Shown piece by piece: positions 28,968 to 39,877 of a stretch of DNA of 64,000 nt (the stretch's first letter is position 1; every line of letters starts with the position of its first letter). The position numbers and the translations under genes are program-made. The notes under the pieces were generated by a model that was given only the letters and a program-made list of their open reading frames with translations, was not told the origin of the DNA and made no database searches. Location: positions 17,451 through 81,450 of the forward strand of contig JAHJMN010000021.1 in the NCBI GenBank assembly GCA_018821305.1, given 5' to 3'. Origin of the DNA: Myxococcota bacterium (GTDB lineage: Bacteria > Myxococcota_A > Polyangia > HGW-17).

Positions 28968-30689
28968 GATTGGAGAGAAATAACCAGCTCGGATTTTTGA
29001 AATAATATATTTAAATGTCTTTGCGGTTTCCTTGTCAAGTTCGGGCTCTACCAGTTTACCACCATTTTCCCACGCATCAGATGTACCAAAAAAGTATGCT
29101 GCGTAGTTCTCAGGAATATTAAAGTCAGGTCTTTTAAGCTCGTCCATGCAAGGGGCAGAGGGCTTCCGCGAAGGATCCTTAATATACTCCAGGAAAATGC
29201 TTAAACCGCACCCGGGACGCCCCCGCGTTTCAACCTCGCTTGACCATAAAACACCATGATTTGCCCATGGAATAAGGAAACTGAAATGATTCTCTCCCTG
29301 AAGTTTCGAAACTGAAATAGAGCTTACGTTTTCAGGTGTTTGAAGGTCATGAGTACCGTTAAGCAAAAGAAAATTTCGGTTAGTCTCTGCAAATTTTCCA
29401 TACCATTCGTCTTTTTCATATACTGGCCACGGTGAAGCCCTCTGTGATAATCGATAATCCAGTTTGACTCCTGTTAGAAGATCTTCATATCGCTCTGAAA
29501 CGTAATCCACAGAATAGGCCGGTGAGTGAATCATCTCGCTGACAGCAATATTCAGAAAAAGAATATAGTTAAGTTGAATGACATCCAGCGGAAGATTATC
29601 AATGTGGAGTGGATTATTTTTTTTCTGTCCGAAAACCGTTGCGATGAGGTTATTTATTGCCGTTATGTCTTCGGATGAACATCGGGCAAGTCTGTACCAC
29701 AATGCTACTGAAAGGCTACTGATGGATTTCTGGATGGCAAGACTGAAAGTCAGATAACGGATGGTATCAGCATCAAAAGAGTTGCAGTGACCGCTTTTCA
29801 GGTTATCCAGCGTATCCCTGACATGCGAAACGGCATCACCACCCATTTTTTGCGAACACATCTGGTTCTCATTGCACTCCTTGAGGAGATTTACAAATCC
29901 AGTTTCCGAGTTCACATCATAGTCATCAAGAAAACATGCACCCACAAGGCACATGGAATCAAGGGTAACACTACTGGCTTGATTTGGAAATATCTGTGCA
30001 TATCGGTGGGCCCAGGAACTTCCGTAACTGACACCGTAAACATGATTCCTAATGCCATCTTTTCTAATTAATTCAATAAAATAACCTAAATCTTTTGAAG
30101 CGTTAGTTATATTGAATTTCTCCAACCACTCTTTATTTTCTATTAGTTCACCCTGAATACATTCTGTTATCTCATCCTCACTTATTGCCCGCCCATAAGG
30201 GCCTTCTGTCGAAACGGCTGATGGGCACGTAAGAAAAGTACTATAACCCGTACCTCTATGGTCAAATGCAATAAATTCAGCTTCGGGATCAAGTAAAGCC
30301 ATTTCCGGCATATAATATGGAAAATCAATCGTTGACGAGCCCCCAGGCCCTCCCTGTAGCATTACGACTGTTCGCTTTACTTCCCTTAATGCAATTGTCT
30401 TTTTCACTCGGATTGAAATTAGTTGATTCTCTGGATCATTCCAGTCAAGGGGAACTGAAAAATCAGCGCACAATGCATTGTTTTCCGGGCCGCCCTCTGT
30501 AAGAGGACATGGATACCATTCTATTTCCTGGGAAATCTGCTCATTTGAAAACATTTCTACATAGCTAATTTCAGATTTGTCATTGTTATTGTTAGTATTA
30601 TTACTATTATTGACTGTGTTATTTTTCTCATTTTCACATGAAAAGAAAATTATACCGAGTAAGACTATATAAATAAAATACTTCTTCAT
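28965..30689 (-). CDS. Alpha/beta-hydrolase lipoprotein (TAP-like peptidase/esterase)
   Basis: Lipobox FFSC, LQGGPG, FDHRGTG, nucleophile GVSYG, HDLQTP, ANHG; start reassigned to 30689 (ATGA overlap with the upstream gene). Confidence 0.87.
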   Translation of the reverse strand: MKKYFIYIVLLGIIFFSCENEKNNTVNNSNNTNNNNDKSEISYVEMFSNEQISQEIEWYPCPLTEGGPENNALCADFSVPLDWNDPENQLISIRVKKTIALREVKRTVVMLQGGPGGSSTIDFPYYMPEMALLDPEAEFIAFDHRGTGYSTFLTCPSAVSTEGPYGRAISEDEITECIQGELIENKEWLEKFNITNASKDLGYFIELIRKDGIRNHVYGVSYGSSWAHRYAQIFPNQASSVTLDSMCLVGACFLDDYDVNSETGFVNLLKECNENQMCSQKMGGDAVSHVRDTLDNLKSGHCNSFDADTIRYLTFSLAIQKSISSLSVALWYRLARCSSEDITAINNLIATVFGQKKNNPLHIDNLPLDVIQLNYILFLNIAVSEMIHSPAYSVDYVSERYEDLLTGVKLDYRLSQRASPWPVYEKDEWYGKFAETNRNFLLLNGTHDLQTPENVSSISVSKLQGENHFSFLIPWANHGVLWSSEVETRGRPGCGLSIFLEYIKDPSRKPSAPCMDELKRPDFNIPENYAAYFFGTSDAWENGGKLVEPELDKETAKTFKYIISKIRAGYFSPI

Positions 30690-32119
30690 TTTGCCTCCAT
30701 GATTGAGCAATCAACGTACTCAAGGGTATTGTCGCATACACAGTTTTCAGTTAACTGATATGCGGACATTACTTCACTGGCATCATCCGTAAGGGAAAGG
30801 TTTATTGCGATTTGGAGTTCTTCACCTATTCCAAAATTTGTATTTTCTTCAGCACATAGATAAATACTATTATGGGTATCGTCTACCGGCAGAGCCATTG
30901 GGCATATTTTTCTATAATCGCTTCCACTTATCCTTTTATATTCATACTTATACATATTAAAGCCAATTAACGAATCCGGATTCATCACGCCATTACTTTC
31001 AGACAGCTCGCTCACCAAGCCATTTCTTGAAAATGTTAACTCTGTTATATTCAAAGATATATTGTCAGTTCCAAGGACTTGATAATCACCAAGTAGAGTC
31101 AGCGTTATTTCAGCATCATCATCATCAGATTCAACCCAGGTAGCAAATCTGGTATACGAACTTGCATCAATCTCTCCTTCGGACAACGCAACGGAAAAGT
31201 CTCCCCATCCGGGTGTTTCATTTCCATTCCCGACACGTTCAACTATCGGACCTCGAAATTGACCAGTCAGATATTTATCTGTCCCCGGTTCCAGCATGTC
31301 ATCAGGAAGCACGCACTCGAGGGAAGGGACTTCCTCAAGCAAACTGTAAAAGCTTTCTTTATTTACAACTTGTTTTCTTGCTATGTAATAACAATATTGT
31401 TCATTATCTTCTTCAAGGCTCGGAATCTGCTGAATTCTTTCCAAATCCGCTGAAAACTCAACGTTACCTACTACCGTGAGCACTTCACCTGCATCAAAAT
31501 CATCAACATATGAGGTATCGATCTCAATCAGGTTCTCCGGATTATCAGTGCTCAGCAAAGTGATACACCTCTTGTAAAAATAAGAATTATCCACATGAAG
31601 AAATACTTCCGTATACAGATGTTCCCCAACTTGAGCTCCCTGTAGAAATTTATTCCCACTGTTTTTTAACTCCCTGAGAGTTTCCGTAGGCAGATAGATA
31701 TACATCGTGCTGTATGTACCGGCGAAAATAACACTCTCATATGGGTTTTCTATGGCCTCCAAAGGCAACAGACTACTTATCACAATATATTCAGTTCCTT
31801 CGGAATTCTCATACTGATTAATCACTGGTCTGTCGTCATATTCCAGCTCCAATGTGCCAGTAAAGAGTGTATTGAAACCAAGCGCATTTTCATGAGTTCC
31901 CGTCGAAAGAGCTTCTGCCGTATTTATTTTTCCACGAAATTCAAAGATAAAAGCAGGTATTGCAACAGGATTAACTAAATCCACTTCCAGTTGGGTGGTG
32001 CTGTTGGTGTTATTGGTATTACTGGTATTATTTGAACTCGTTGTGTTTGAGTTGTTATTCTCCCCTGAATCGCATGAGTTAAAAACCAGAAGCATTAAAA
32101 GAGTCGTTAAAATTTTCAT
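30686..32119 (-). CDS. Lipoprotein of unknown function with Asn/Ser/Thr-rich tether
   Basis: Lipobox FNSC, GGAGG RBS before ATG 32119; acidic body. Confidence 0.78.
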   Translation of the reverse strand: MKILTTLLMLLVFNSCDSGENNNSNTTSSNNTSNTNNTNSTTQLEVDLVNPVAIPAFIFEFRGKINTAEALSTGTHENALGFNTLFTGTLELEYDDRPVINQYENSEGTEYIVISSLLPLEAIENPYESVIFAGTYSTMYIYLPTETLRELKNSGNKFLQGAQVGEHLYTEVFLHVDNSYFYKRCITLLSTDNPENLIEIDTSYVDDFDAGEVLTVVGNVEFSADLERIQQIPSLEEDNEQYCYYIARKQVVNKESFYSLLEEVPSLECVLPDDMLEPGTDKYLTGQFRGPIVERVGNGNETPGWGDFSVALSEGEIDASSYTRFATWVESDDDDAEITLTLLGDYQVLGTDNISLNITELTFSRNGLVSELSESNGVMNPDSLIGFNMYKYEYKRISGSDYRKICPMALPVDDTHNSIYLCAEENTNFGIGEELQIAINLSLTDDASEVMSAYQLTENCVCDNTLEYVDCSIMEAK

Positions 32120-32243
32120 ATTTCCTCCTTCTTCCAATCCTGGAAGCATTTTGTTACCTCCGGAAAGTATCTTTGTTTCCGGATAGATAGTTAGCAGACG
32201 GATCACCGCCATATGAGGAGATATATTTAAATTCTTCAATAGA

Positions 32244-32293
32244 ATCGTCCTGATACGAAATTCAGGACGTATCAAAACAGGTTTCCGGACGAT
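32244..32293. promoter_or_regulatory. Candidate operator (CGTCCTGA-N8-TCAGGACG plus a third GGACGA half-site)
   Basis: Perfect 8-bp inverted repeat and a repeated GGACG upstream of the lipoprotein operon, adjacent to an AraC-family regulator gene. Confidence 0.45.
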
Positions 32294-32325
32294 GCAGCCC
32301 CCATATTCAATTCTTTTATTTTAAT

Positions 32326-32470
32326 TAGTTACTGTCCTGAAATACCCAAAATCAAAGTTTTCACTTGATTTTAGGTCAGGACAGTAACCGCAAGGTGTTG
32401 AATTTATTGTAGTGGCCTGTTAGGATTTTTAATAAAATCCTTCGCGAAGCGAATTACAGGACACGAACTA
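32326..32470 (+). mobile_element. MITE-like repeat family A, copy 3
   Basis: Same termini and interior as copies 1 and 2. Confidence 0.85.
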
Positions 32471-32472
32471 AT

Positions 32473-32617
32473 TAGTTACTGTCCTGAAATACCGAAAATC
32501 AAATTTTTCGCCCGATTTTTGCTCAGGACAGTAACCGCAAGGTGTTGAATTTATTATAGTGGCCTGTTAGGATTTTTAATAAAATCCTTCGCGAAGCGAA
32601 TTTCAGGACACGAACTA
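32473..32617 (+). mobile_element. MITE-like repeat family A, copy 4 (tandem with copy 3)
   Basis: Direct tandem copy separated from copy 3 by AT. Confidence 0.85.
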
Positions 32618-32619
32618 AT

Positions 32620-32651
32620 TAGCTCGTGTCCAGTATTCAGGACATTAACAA
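32620..32651. repeat. Minimal family A derivative
   Basis: TAGCTCGTGTCC-AGTATT-CAGGACATTAAC; contains the TAA stop of the AraC gene. Confidence 0.55.
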
Positions 32652-35020
32652 TATTTATCTCTCCACTCAGATGGAGTCATACCAGTATGTTTTTTAAACT
32701 GTGCGTTAAAAGATGATTTAGATGTAAATCCAGATTCCATTGCGATCTCGAGTATATTCACATCCCCTTCTCTCATTTTCTTTTTAACGAGTTCAACACG
32801 AAGGAAACTAATGTAATTGGAAAAACTCATGTGTTTCTCGACATTAACAAACTGACTCAGATCACTTTGTTTTATGTGAATCAGGCGGGCAAGTTTTCTG
32901 ACTGTCAAATCAGCATCGGTGAGTATTTCGAGTTTTGAAAGCACAGAATTTAATGATTTTTCAATTTCATTAAGTTGATCACGGTTTAACCTGCGGTCTC
33001 CATATTTTTCCTCCATTGCAGGTTTAGAATCTTCAACTCCAGCATTCACTGAATCAATTTCTGACTCTTGCTTTTTCGAATTTGTACATTCATTTATTGC
33101 AACTGAATCGCCACTCGGGTTATTACTATTTTTATTTGGACTATTGAAGGTGACTTCAGTTGATCCCATTTTCTTAATTTCAGTTCGACTGAAGTGCATT
33201 ACAATAATTGAGAGAAGCGTTAAAAAAATAATTACTACTACAATGCGGAAATAAATAGATTCGAAAACCTTCTGCTTTCGAATTATACTTATCTCAACTG
33301 AATTATCTGAAATCCTTTTCTTATAATAATCGAGGGAAATTTCAAGCCGGAACTGTCCAGGACCAAAACCTGTCAACGATAAGTTGTTTCCTGAACGCCT
33401 GATATTTTTATGATGTTTCCTTAATCGTATCTGATAATCTGTTCCCCAGGGAGCAAATGGTGACACAAATTCAATATCAAGTCTGTCGTCAGGGGAGTCC
33501 AACTTAACCGATTTTGAAATCTTTCTTTCCACCCCATTCACTGCAATTGAAATAATGCTGACAGGGTTGAATGCTTTCCTTAAATCAGAGTTGAGATCAA
33601 TCCGCACAATTCCAGCAACAGTTGAAAAAAGAACATTGTTATTATAAATGAGGGCTGTATTTAACCCAACACCCGTACACTCGGCAGACTCCATACCATC
33701 TGATTCATTAAAACTGGATATAACCGATATCTGTTGATTTTTCCCCTTCAAAAAATTCAGAATGTCTCTTTCAGCATATCGAAAAATGCCTCTATTTCCT
33801 GACGACCAGATGTACCCCTTATGATCTTTTATCCATGAAAACACGCTGTTGTCAGCAAGGCCGTTTTTACTTGAAATATGAATTGTTTTCCCCTTGTTCA
33901 GAAAGAAAATCCCATTTTTTGTTCCTACCGAAACATACTTTTCATATTCACTGATAAACTCAATATACAGATCAGTAACTTCGGCAAAGGGCGTAGCACG
34001 TCCGGTTTCTAATGAAATCTCATATAGTCCCCTGCCCCAGGTACCTGCATATAACTTTTTTCCAACCTGCAGCATGCTTGTGATAATAGTATCCTTGTGC
34101 GGTAACAACGAAATTTGTATTGCCTGAGAATTATTTACTTTAAAAACATTACCCCTTGTACTTACATACAGATTGTCTCTCAATCCATATATAGAATTAA
34201 TTGCTTGTCCTCTAAAAGAAATAACTTTCACAAAGGAGCCGGCACTCAATTTATAAAGGGTATCTCCACAACTTCCGAATATTTCATCATTTACTGATGC
34301 CACTATTGGTTCAAGAGATTTATCTGATTTACATTCAAGATTGACAGGAACACAAGGAGCCTCCAGAGTAGATTTAACACAAATACCCACTCTGGGTCGA
34401 GCTGCCCATAGATATCCCTTTTTATCAATAGCAATTGTCCTTATAGTGAGTTTTGAATCAGAAACATTTATCTTTCCGCGATATATTCGGTGCAGACCGT
34501 CTCCTATCGTAGAAATCCAGTAGTTTCCGTTTATATCTTTGTGGCTACAACTGATTTTTTTAACATTTGCATACACCGGGACATCATTGCGACAATGCCC
34601 TTGATATTCTTTCTTTTTTAAATCGAAATCAACACAGGAAAAAACTTCAATTGTAAAATCCCGGATTCGATAGCAGGAATCGCCGGCATTAAAATATACA
34701 ACTCTATCTTTATCCGAGATCAAATTTTTTACTAAATTGGATTTCAGAATTGGATTCCTGCTACGGTCATAAATTCTAAAAAATCGCCCATCAAATCGAG
34801 CGAGGCCTTCAAATGTACCGATCCATAAAAAACCAGCGCCATCAACAGCAACACCAGTGAGGCTATCCATGGGAAGCCCATCGCTCATTCGCCAATGCTC
34901 ATGAACCCACCCATTCTTTGATTCTCTCTGAAACCCACGAGCATCAGAAATCCAGGAAAACATTGTTATAATAATAAAAATAAATACCATATACTTCAGT
35001 TTTAATTTTTTATGCTCCAA
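32645..35020 (-). CDS. Membrane-anchored sensor/regulator: periplasmic beta-propeller (Reg_prop/Y_Y_Y-like), TM, AraC HTH
   Basis: DGLP..DGAGFLWIGTFEGLARFDG propeller repeats; C-terminal ILEIAMESGFTSKSSFNAQFKKHTGMTPSEWR. Confidence 0.88.
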   Translation of the reverse strand: MEHKKLKLKYMVFIFIIITMFSWISDARGFQRESKNGWVHEHWRMSDGLPMDSLTGVAVDGAGFLWIGTFEGLARFDGRFFRIYDRSRNPILKSNLVKNLISDKDRVVYFNAGDSCYRIRDFTIEVFSCVDFDLKKKEYQGHCRNDVPVYANVKKISCSHKDINGNYWISTIGDGLHRIYRGKINVSDSKLTIRTIAIDKKGYLWAARPRVGICVKSTLEAPCVPVNLECKSDKSLEPIVASVNDEIFGSCGDTLYKLSAGSFVKVISFRGQAINSIYGLRDNLYVSTRGNVFKVNNSQAIQISLLPHKDTIITSMLQVGKKLYAGTWGRGLYEISLETGRATPFAEVTDLYIEFISEYEKYVSVGTKNGIFFLNKGKTIHISSKNGLADNSVFSWIKDHKGYIWSSGNRGIFRYAERDILNFLKGKNQQISVISSFNESDGMESAECTGVGLNTALIYNNNVLFSTVAGIVRIDLNSDLRKAFNPVSIISIAVNGVERKISKSVKLDSPDDRLDIEFVSPFAPWGTDYQIRLRKHHKNIRRSGNNLSLTGFGPGQFRLEISLDYYKKRISDNSVEISIIRKQKVFESIYFRIVVVIIFLTLLSIIVMHFSRTEIKKMGSTEVTFNSPNKNSNNPSGDSVAINECTNSKKQESEIDSVNAGVEDSKPAMEEKYGDRRLNRDQLNEIEKSLNSVLSKLEILTDADLTVRKLARLIHIKQSDLSQFVNVEKHMSFSNYISFLRVELVKKKMREGDVNILEIAMESGFTSKSSFNAQFKKHTGMTPSEWRDKYC

Positions 35021-35133
35021 AAGGCAATACCAGCAGTGCTTTTACATCGGATAGGAGTCATTCGAATGTAACATTGATCACTCTCCAGAATTTTCAAATT
35101 ACCCTGGGAAAAATCAAATAATAAAAAAATCGT

Positions 35134-36198
35134 CTATTTTATATTTAATATCTTCTGCAGAGATTCAGGGGTAATATTGAATTGTCCCATTTTTGTATGA
35201 AAATCATTGCTTCCTAAAAGATAATTCGAAAAAGCAATGATTTCAAGACAACCGGCCAATCTCAGAGTTTGAAAGAGTTGAAGCCTGTTATGAGTAAGAG
35301 CTAACATAAAAACACCCCGGGTTGCAGCATCATTTACTTTAGAAACATTGATATCCATGCCTCTTTCTCTAAATCTGTCCATGATCAAAGTGCGAAGTTG
35401 AGTCTGCATCCTGTTGCGGGCTTGAAGATTCTTTCGGGAGTAGTTTTTTAAAATAAGGTGTAATGCAATGAAGCTCACAATTAGAGCTAAAATAAAAAAT
35501 TTACTGAAAACAAAACCAAGTATGGCCGGAGCAATTACATATCCCAGCACAGGAATAACAACGGTCATTAAAAAGGAAACACTTTCGGAATTAATTTGCT
35601 GTATTTCACGACTTTCCTCCGTTATTTCATTTGCTGCGCTGCTGAGTACTCTACATATTCTGAACTGTTCAACGGATAAATTGAAGTATTTTCTTATACT
35701 TTCCGGTAATGGAGAAAGGTCCAGAGGTACTTTATCAGATGTGGGAATCTTTGAATACCGAGCGTGATTTCTGCTTTTTTCCAGTAGTTTCCGGTATCCG
35801 ATCCTGTTATTGAGGGTAGTTAAAAATGCTTTTCTTGTCTTTTGAAGACCAAGAAAATCATAATTTTCCATGCCGGAAACCTTATCATCAAAGTTAAAAT
35901 CGGTATTTCCGGTAGATTCAAGCGAGGGAGCAGTCTCAGTACTTTTCAAATAAGAAAACGCAAGGTTGTCCTGATTTTGCTCTGATTTCCCGTAGATTTC
36001 ATTGATTGAAAAAGATTTCTTGCATGCCTCACAACGTTCTGTTCCGAAAGCAGAAATTCCTGAGGCAATATTCTTTTTATATATTGAGGCTAATGGACCT
36101 TCAATATTCTCAAAACCACAATCCGGACATTTCCAAAATTCTGACAATTCAAACCTCCCGGGACTCACAGTCACTTGCTTCAACCCAACTGAAAACAA
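35134..36198 (-). CDS. Hypothetical membrane protein with N-terminal zinc-ribbon-like motif
   Basis: CPDC...CEAC pairs; two TM helices; start codon uncertain. Confidence 0.6.
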   Translation of the reverse strand: MFSVGLKQVTVSPGRFELSEFWKCPDCGFENIEGPLASIYKKNIASGISAFGTERCEACKKSFSINEIYGKSEQNQDNLAFSYLKSTETAPSLESTGNTDFNFDDKVSGMENYDFLGLQKTRKAFLTTLNNRIGYRKLLEKSRNHARYSKIPTSDKVPLDLSPLPESIRKYFNLSVEQFRICRVLSSAANEITEESREIQQINSESVSFLMTVVIPVLGYVIAPAILGFVFSKFFILALIVSFIALHLILKNYSRKNLQARNRMQTQLRTLIMDRFRERGMDINVSKVNDAATRGVFMLALTHNRLQLFQTLRLAGCLEIIAFSNYLLGSNDFHTKMGQFNITPESLQKILNIK

Positions 36199-36310
36199 TT
36201 ACTGATCCAAGCACGTAGATTATTGTGTTGAATATAACACAGTAACATAATAATCTTGTTGAATGATTTTGCACAGCCCTAATTTCCTCACTCTATTCTT
36301 TTGTAAAGTT

Positions 36311-37195
36311 ATGGAAAAGTCTCCAGTTTTTTTGATTTCCCTTTGCGTTCTGAGTTCCACGCAATTATCTGCCTGCAAAAAGACTGACTGTGAAAAATTG
36401 TATGAAATCCAGAAAAAATGCGCTTCTGGTTCGATAAAAACAAGCAAGTCTTCATATATTGAAATATGCGAGAGAATGTCCGATTCCGATGAAATTGTAG
36501 ACAATATCAAATGTCTGGCAAAAACTGACTGTTCCGATTTTAAAATATGCGTGAAAAATAGAAAAAAGGAAAATTTTATCAGTTCCGCACTCAATAGACT
36601 GGAACAGAATCTGGCAGTTGGTAATTTTACTGGTGTAATTATTGATTGTAGAGCTTTCATAAATGAAGAAAAGATTTCAACTAAGTGCCAGAATGTACTT
36701 CCTCAAACAATTGAGAAACTTTTGCAAAAAGCAATAGCCATTAGAAATCGAGGTCATTCTGATTTTTTAAAATGCAACTTTCTCCGGGATGGGGTTTCAA
36801 TGATTAGAAATCCTGATCTCCTGAATAGAATTGAGAGTCTTTGCAGGGAAATGCATCTTGTTGACTCTGTTATTTCTGGAATAAAAGAAAGCAAGAATAG
36901 GGCACAGTCTAAAAATCCGGAACTCGCGTTCCAGTGTGATGATTACAATCTTGTAAAGTTTGATAAGATTGGAACAAACTGGGCTTTAGAAAGAAAAAAG
37001 TCCCTTATTGAAGCATGTTTCGGGATTCATGGAAGAGCTATACTGAAAAGTCACATTGAATCAGGAAATATTAAATGTTCCTACCGACTTAAAAACCTTA
37101 TTTTACGAATAAAAAAGCACTATAGTTTTGATAAAGAAATAACAGATATATTAAATAAAATTGAACCCTCCTGTGAAATATCAAAAGGATTTTAA
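36311..37195 (+). CDS. Cys-rich lipoprotein of unknown function
   Basis: Lipobox LSAC; many spaced cysteines. Confidence 0.65.
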   Translation: MEKSPVFLISLCVLSSTQLSACKKTDCEKLYEIQKKCASGSIKTSKSSYIEICERMSDSDEIVDNIKCLAKTDCSDFKICVKNRKKENFISSALNRLEQNLAVGNFTGVIIDCRAFINEEKISTKCQNVLPQTIEKLLQKAIAIRNRGHSDFLKCNFLRDGVSMIRNPDLLNRIESLCREMHLVDSVISGIKESKNRAQSKNPELAFQCDDYNLVKFDKIGTNWALERKKSLIEACFGIHGRAILKSHIESGNIKCSYRLKNLILRIKKHYSFDKEITDILNKIEPSCEISKGF

Positions 37196-37468
37196 ATCCT
37201 TAATTCGCATAAACGACTCGAAACTCCTTTTTTTTTGGTTTACTTGTAGAAATCTTTAAGTTAATAATTCTAAGGTGCAGTGCTGTTTCGGATTGTTTTT
37301 CTTAAAACAACAGTTTCGCGAATAAAAATCTCATGCACATTTTAAAGTTTAGATTTTCTCATAGACAGAAAGCGGCATATTGTCCATCTGTAATTTTAAA
37401 ATCCAGAAATGAACTTACTGACTACTTCTTTACCCGGATTTTCTTAAAAATCCAAATATTGAACTATC

Positions 37469-38584
37469 ATGATAATTTTTTACCTGCTTATTCTCCCATT
37501 GTTTTTATTGTTAGCTTTTGGAGGACACTACCTCTTCTATAAAATGTGGACACACGCAATTCCTTTTTCCTCCACAGGATTAAAAGTTTTCATCAGTATA
37601 ATTGCACTGTTAGGAAGCAGTATCTTAGTTGGAAATTTCCTTACTAGAACCAGTCTGAGTAATTTGATGTCATTTATATTCATCATTGCGTATTTCTGGA
37701 TGTCCATACTGATATATTTCGCTGTTTTTACTGTTATAATCAAACTCATTTTTATAATATTGATAAAAATCAATTTAGCCTCTTTATTGCCGCCAGTTGC
37801 ACCCTTTGCTACAATATTTGCAATATTAACAGTCATTTTCGGGATCTGGCGGGCGACCTCAATGACGATTCCGCATCATGTAATTCGCTCGAAAGCTGTA
37901 AGAAAACCCATTCGAATTATGCATATAACTGATGTACATTTCAGCCCAGTTCAGGGAGAATCCATGGCTCGTCAGATTGAAGATGTTTACCATCGGTACA
38001 AGCCAGATATTATTCTCTCCACGGGAGATCTTCTGGATCGTGGAATCAAAGATCGGAAACAAGTTGTAAGAATTCTATCATCTTTAAACCCGCCACTGGG
38101 CAAGTTCGGATGTACAGGTAACCACGAATTTATCTCTGATATAAAATACAGTGAGAAATTTCACAGGGAAACAGGATTTACTCTTCTCCGTAATGAAGTA
38201 GTAAATCTTAAAGGAATTTCTATTGCGGGAGTCGATGATCCTCTTGGAGTGCGACTGAAACGAACAAATGGCAAGTCCGAATTAGACGTGGTAAAACAGA
38301 TGAGCGCTCTTAAGTATCGGATTCTTTTAAAGCACCAACCACGTTTTGAGACATCAAACGCCTTTCACTTACAACTTTCGGGCCATACGCACGGTGGTCA
38401 GTTTTTCCCTTTCACACTGTTTACTCGTTTGATATTTAAGTATAATCTCGGGAAATATTTTGTTCAAGGTTCCACCATAATCGTTGGAGCGGGAACAGGA
38501 ACCTGGGGGCCTTATATGCGTGTTGGTATCCCACCGGAAATAATTATTATTGATCTTCTCCCTGAAAAAGAGGCACCGAAGTAG
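37469..38584 (+). CDS. Membrane-anchored metallophosphoesterase (YkuE/YaeI-like)
   Basis: DVH, GDLLD, GNHE, HQP and SGHTHGGQ motifs; N-terminal TMs. Confidence 0.92.
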   Translation: MIIFYLLILPLFLLLAFGGHYLFYKMWTHAIPFSSTGLKVFISIIALLGSSILVGNFLTRTSLSNLMSFIFIIAYFWMSILIYFAVFTVIIKLIFIILIKINLASLLPPVAPFATIFAILTVIFGIWRATSMTIPHHVIRSKAVRKPIRIMHITDVHFSPVQGESMARQIEDVYHRYKPDIILSTGDLLDRGIKDRKQVVRILSSLNPPLGKFGCTGNHEFISDIKYSEKFHRETGFTLLRNEVVNLKGISIAGVDDPLGVRLKRTNGKSELDVVKQMSALKYRILLKHQPRFETSNAFHLQLSGHTHGGQFFPFTLFTRLIFKYNLGKYFVQGSTIIVGAGTGTWGPYMRVGIPPEIIIIDLLPEKEAPK

Positions 38585-38620
38585 TCATTGCCCTGAAATA
38601 CCCAATTTACTCAGGACTTA
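38582..38620 (+). repeat. Degenerate, shortened family A remnant
   Basis: TAGTCATTGCCCTGAAATACCC..CTCAGGAC; begins at the TAG stop of the upstream gene. Confidence 0.5.
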
Positions 38621-38630
38621 TGATAATCCA

Positions 38631-39875
38631 TCATTTTTCAATATCTGCGTCCTTCTTCGTTTTCTTTGCATCAGGGTCTTTATCTCGGTCGGGGTAATCG
38701 CCAAATACTACAGTGTCACCTAATCGGATAGGACCACGCATCTTATTTATTATCCCAAGGGAATACTTTTCTGACACTTTAAAAACTACTATTTCGCCCT
38801 TTGATTCAATGGGAAATGTTTCATCAATTTTGTAGTCAGGATCAAGTGGATGTAAATTTGTATAAAGACCATCACCCTGAGTCAAAACCTTTATTCTGTG
38901 CCCATTCTGAACCTTCTGATTTTTACCAATATTTATAATAACGATACTTCCACTGGATAGCATTTCTCTTTCCTGCATCGCGTATACAATTTTGCCTGTA
39001 ATTTTTTTCTTAACAGGCGCAGGAGTAGATTTTACAGTATTAAAGCGTGTTTGAACTGGAAATACAAGGTCGCCTCTTTTAATGGGGTCTAAAACCTTGG
39101 TAATTCGGCCAATTGCGTATTTTTTGGGTCTGATTTCCCTTATAACAAGTTCACCCAGAATCCTCACAACTTGACCAAGTTTTTCCTTGCTTTTCGGATC
39201 TTTAATTACTTTATCTCTCCTGAAAAGACTCATTGTTTCTCCAATTGCTGGTGTCTTATCAGAAAGTTTTATATAAACAGTATCTCCGCTGGAAAGTAAG
39301 GTCTTCTCTTCCGGGCTCCCTGAAACCGTGTGTGCATCCTTTATTTCCTCTTCCTCAACCATTGCCTGTTTACGAACTGTAACTGCGTCTTTATCCCATG
39401 TTAGCCCAGAGAATGAATTCTCGGGTTCTTTTTGATCTTGTTTTACAATTACTTTTTTTCCATTTGCAGTTAGATAAACAATCGTTCCAGGAAATAGCCA
39501 ATGAGGGTTTGTTATATGAGGATTCCATGACCATAATCTTGGCCAATACCAAGCATCTCCAAAGTACTTGACAGCCAGATCCCATAAGGTTTCCCCTTTT
39601 ATAACCTGATGGTACTGTTTGTTTCCTACCCACTTTACAACACCTGAATCGCTGATGGTGTCCATGGAATTTACTTCTTTATTCTTACTTGTATTTTCCG
39701 TAAGTACGACTCTCCTGGTAGTAGGAGCATTTCCTTCATTACCTGAAGATGTATCTTTTGGGGTTGGCGAATTCACAGGAACCCAGTACTTTGTTGGCAC
39801 GGGAGGATAAGTTCCGGGAACAGTTGTCTGACCAAGGGTTATGCTTCCTATTAATAACAAAAAGGTAATTGTCAT
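38631..39875 (-). CDS. tsaP: LysM peptidoglycan-binding protein, TsaP-like (type IV pilus secretin-associated)
   Basis: VIKGETLWDLA..WPRLWSWNPHITNPHWLFPG; adjacent to a cpoB-like gene. Confidence 0.65.
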   Translation of the reverse strand: MTITFLLLIGSITLGQTTVPGTYPPVPTKYWVPVNSPTPKDTSSGNEGNAPTTRRVVLTENTSKNKEVNSMDTISDSGVVKWVGNKQYHQVIKGETLWDLAVKYFGDAWYWPRLWSWNPHITNPHWLFPGTIVYLTANGKKVIVKQDQKEPENSFSGLTWDKDAVTVRKQAMVEEEEIKDAHTVSGSPEEKTLLSSGDTVYIKLSDKTPAIGETMSLFRRDKVIKDPKSKEKLGQVVRILGELVIREIRPKKYAIGRITKVLDPIKRGDLVFPVQTRFNTVKSTPAPVKKKITGKIVYAMQEREMLSSGSIVIINIGKNQKVQNGHRIKVLTQGDGLYTNLHPLDPDYKIDETFPIESKGEIVVFKVSEKYSLGIINKMRGPIRLGDTVVFGDYPDRDKDPDAKKTKKDADIEK

Positions 39876-39877
39876 GG

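Noticed and set aside
32326..32651. Tandem repeats as a CRISPR array
   Set aside because: Units are about 145 bp, abut without unique spacers and are dispersed elsewhere; no cas genes are present.
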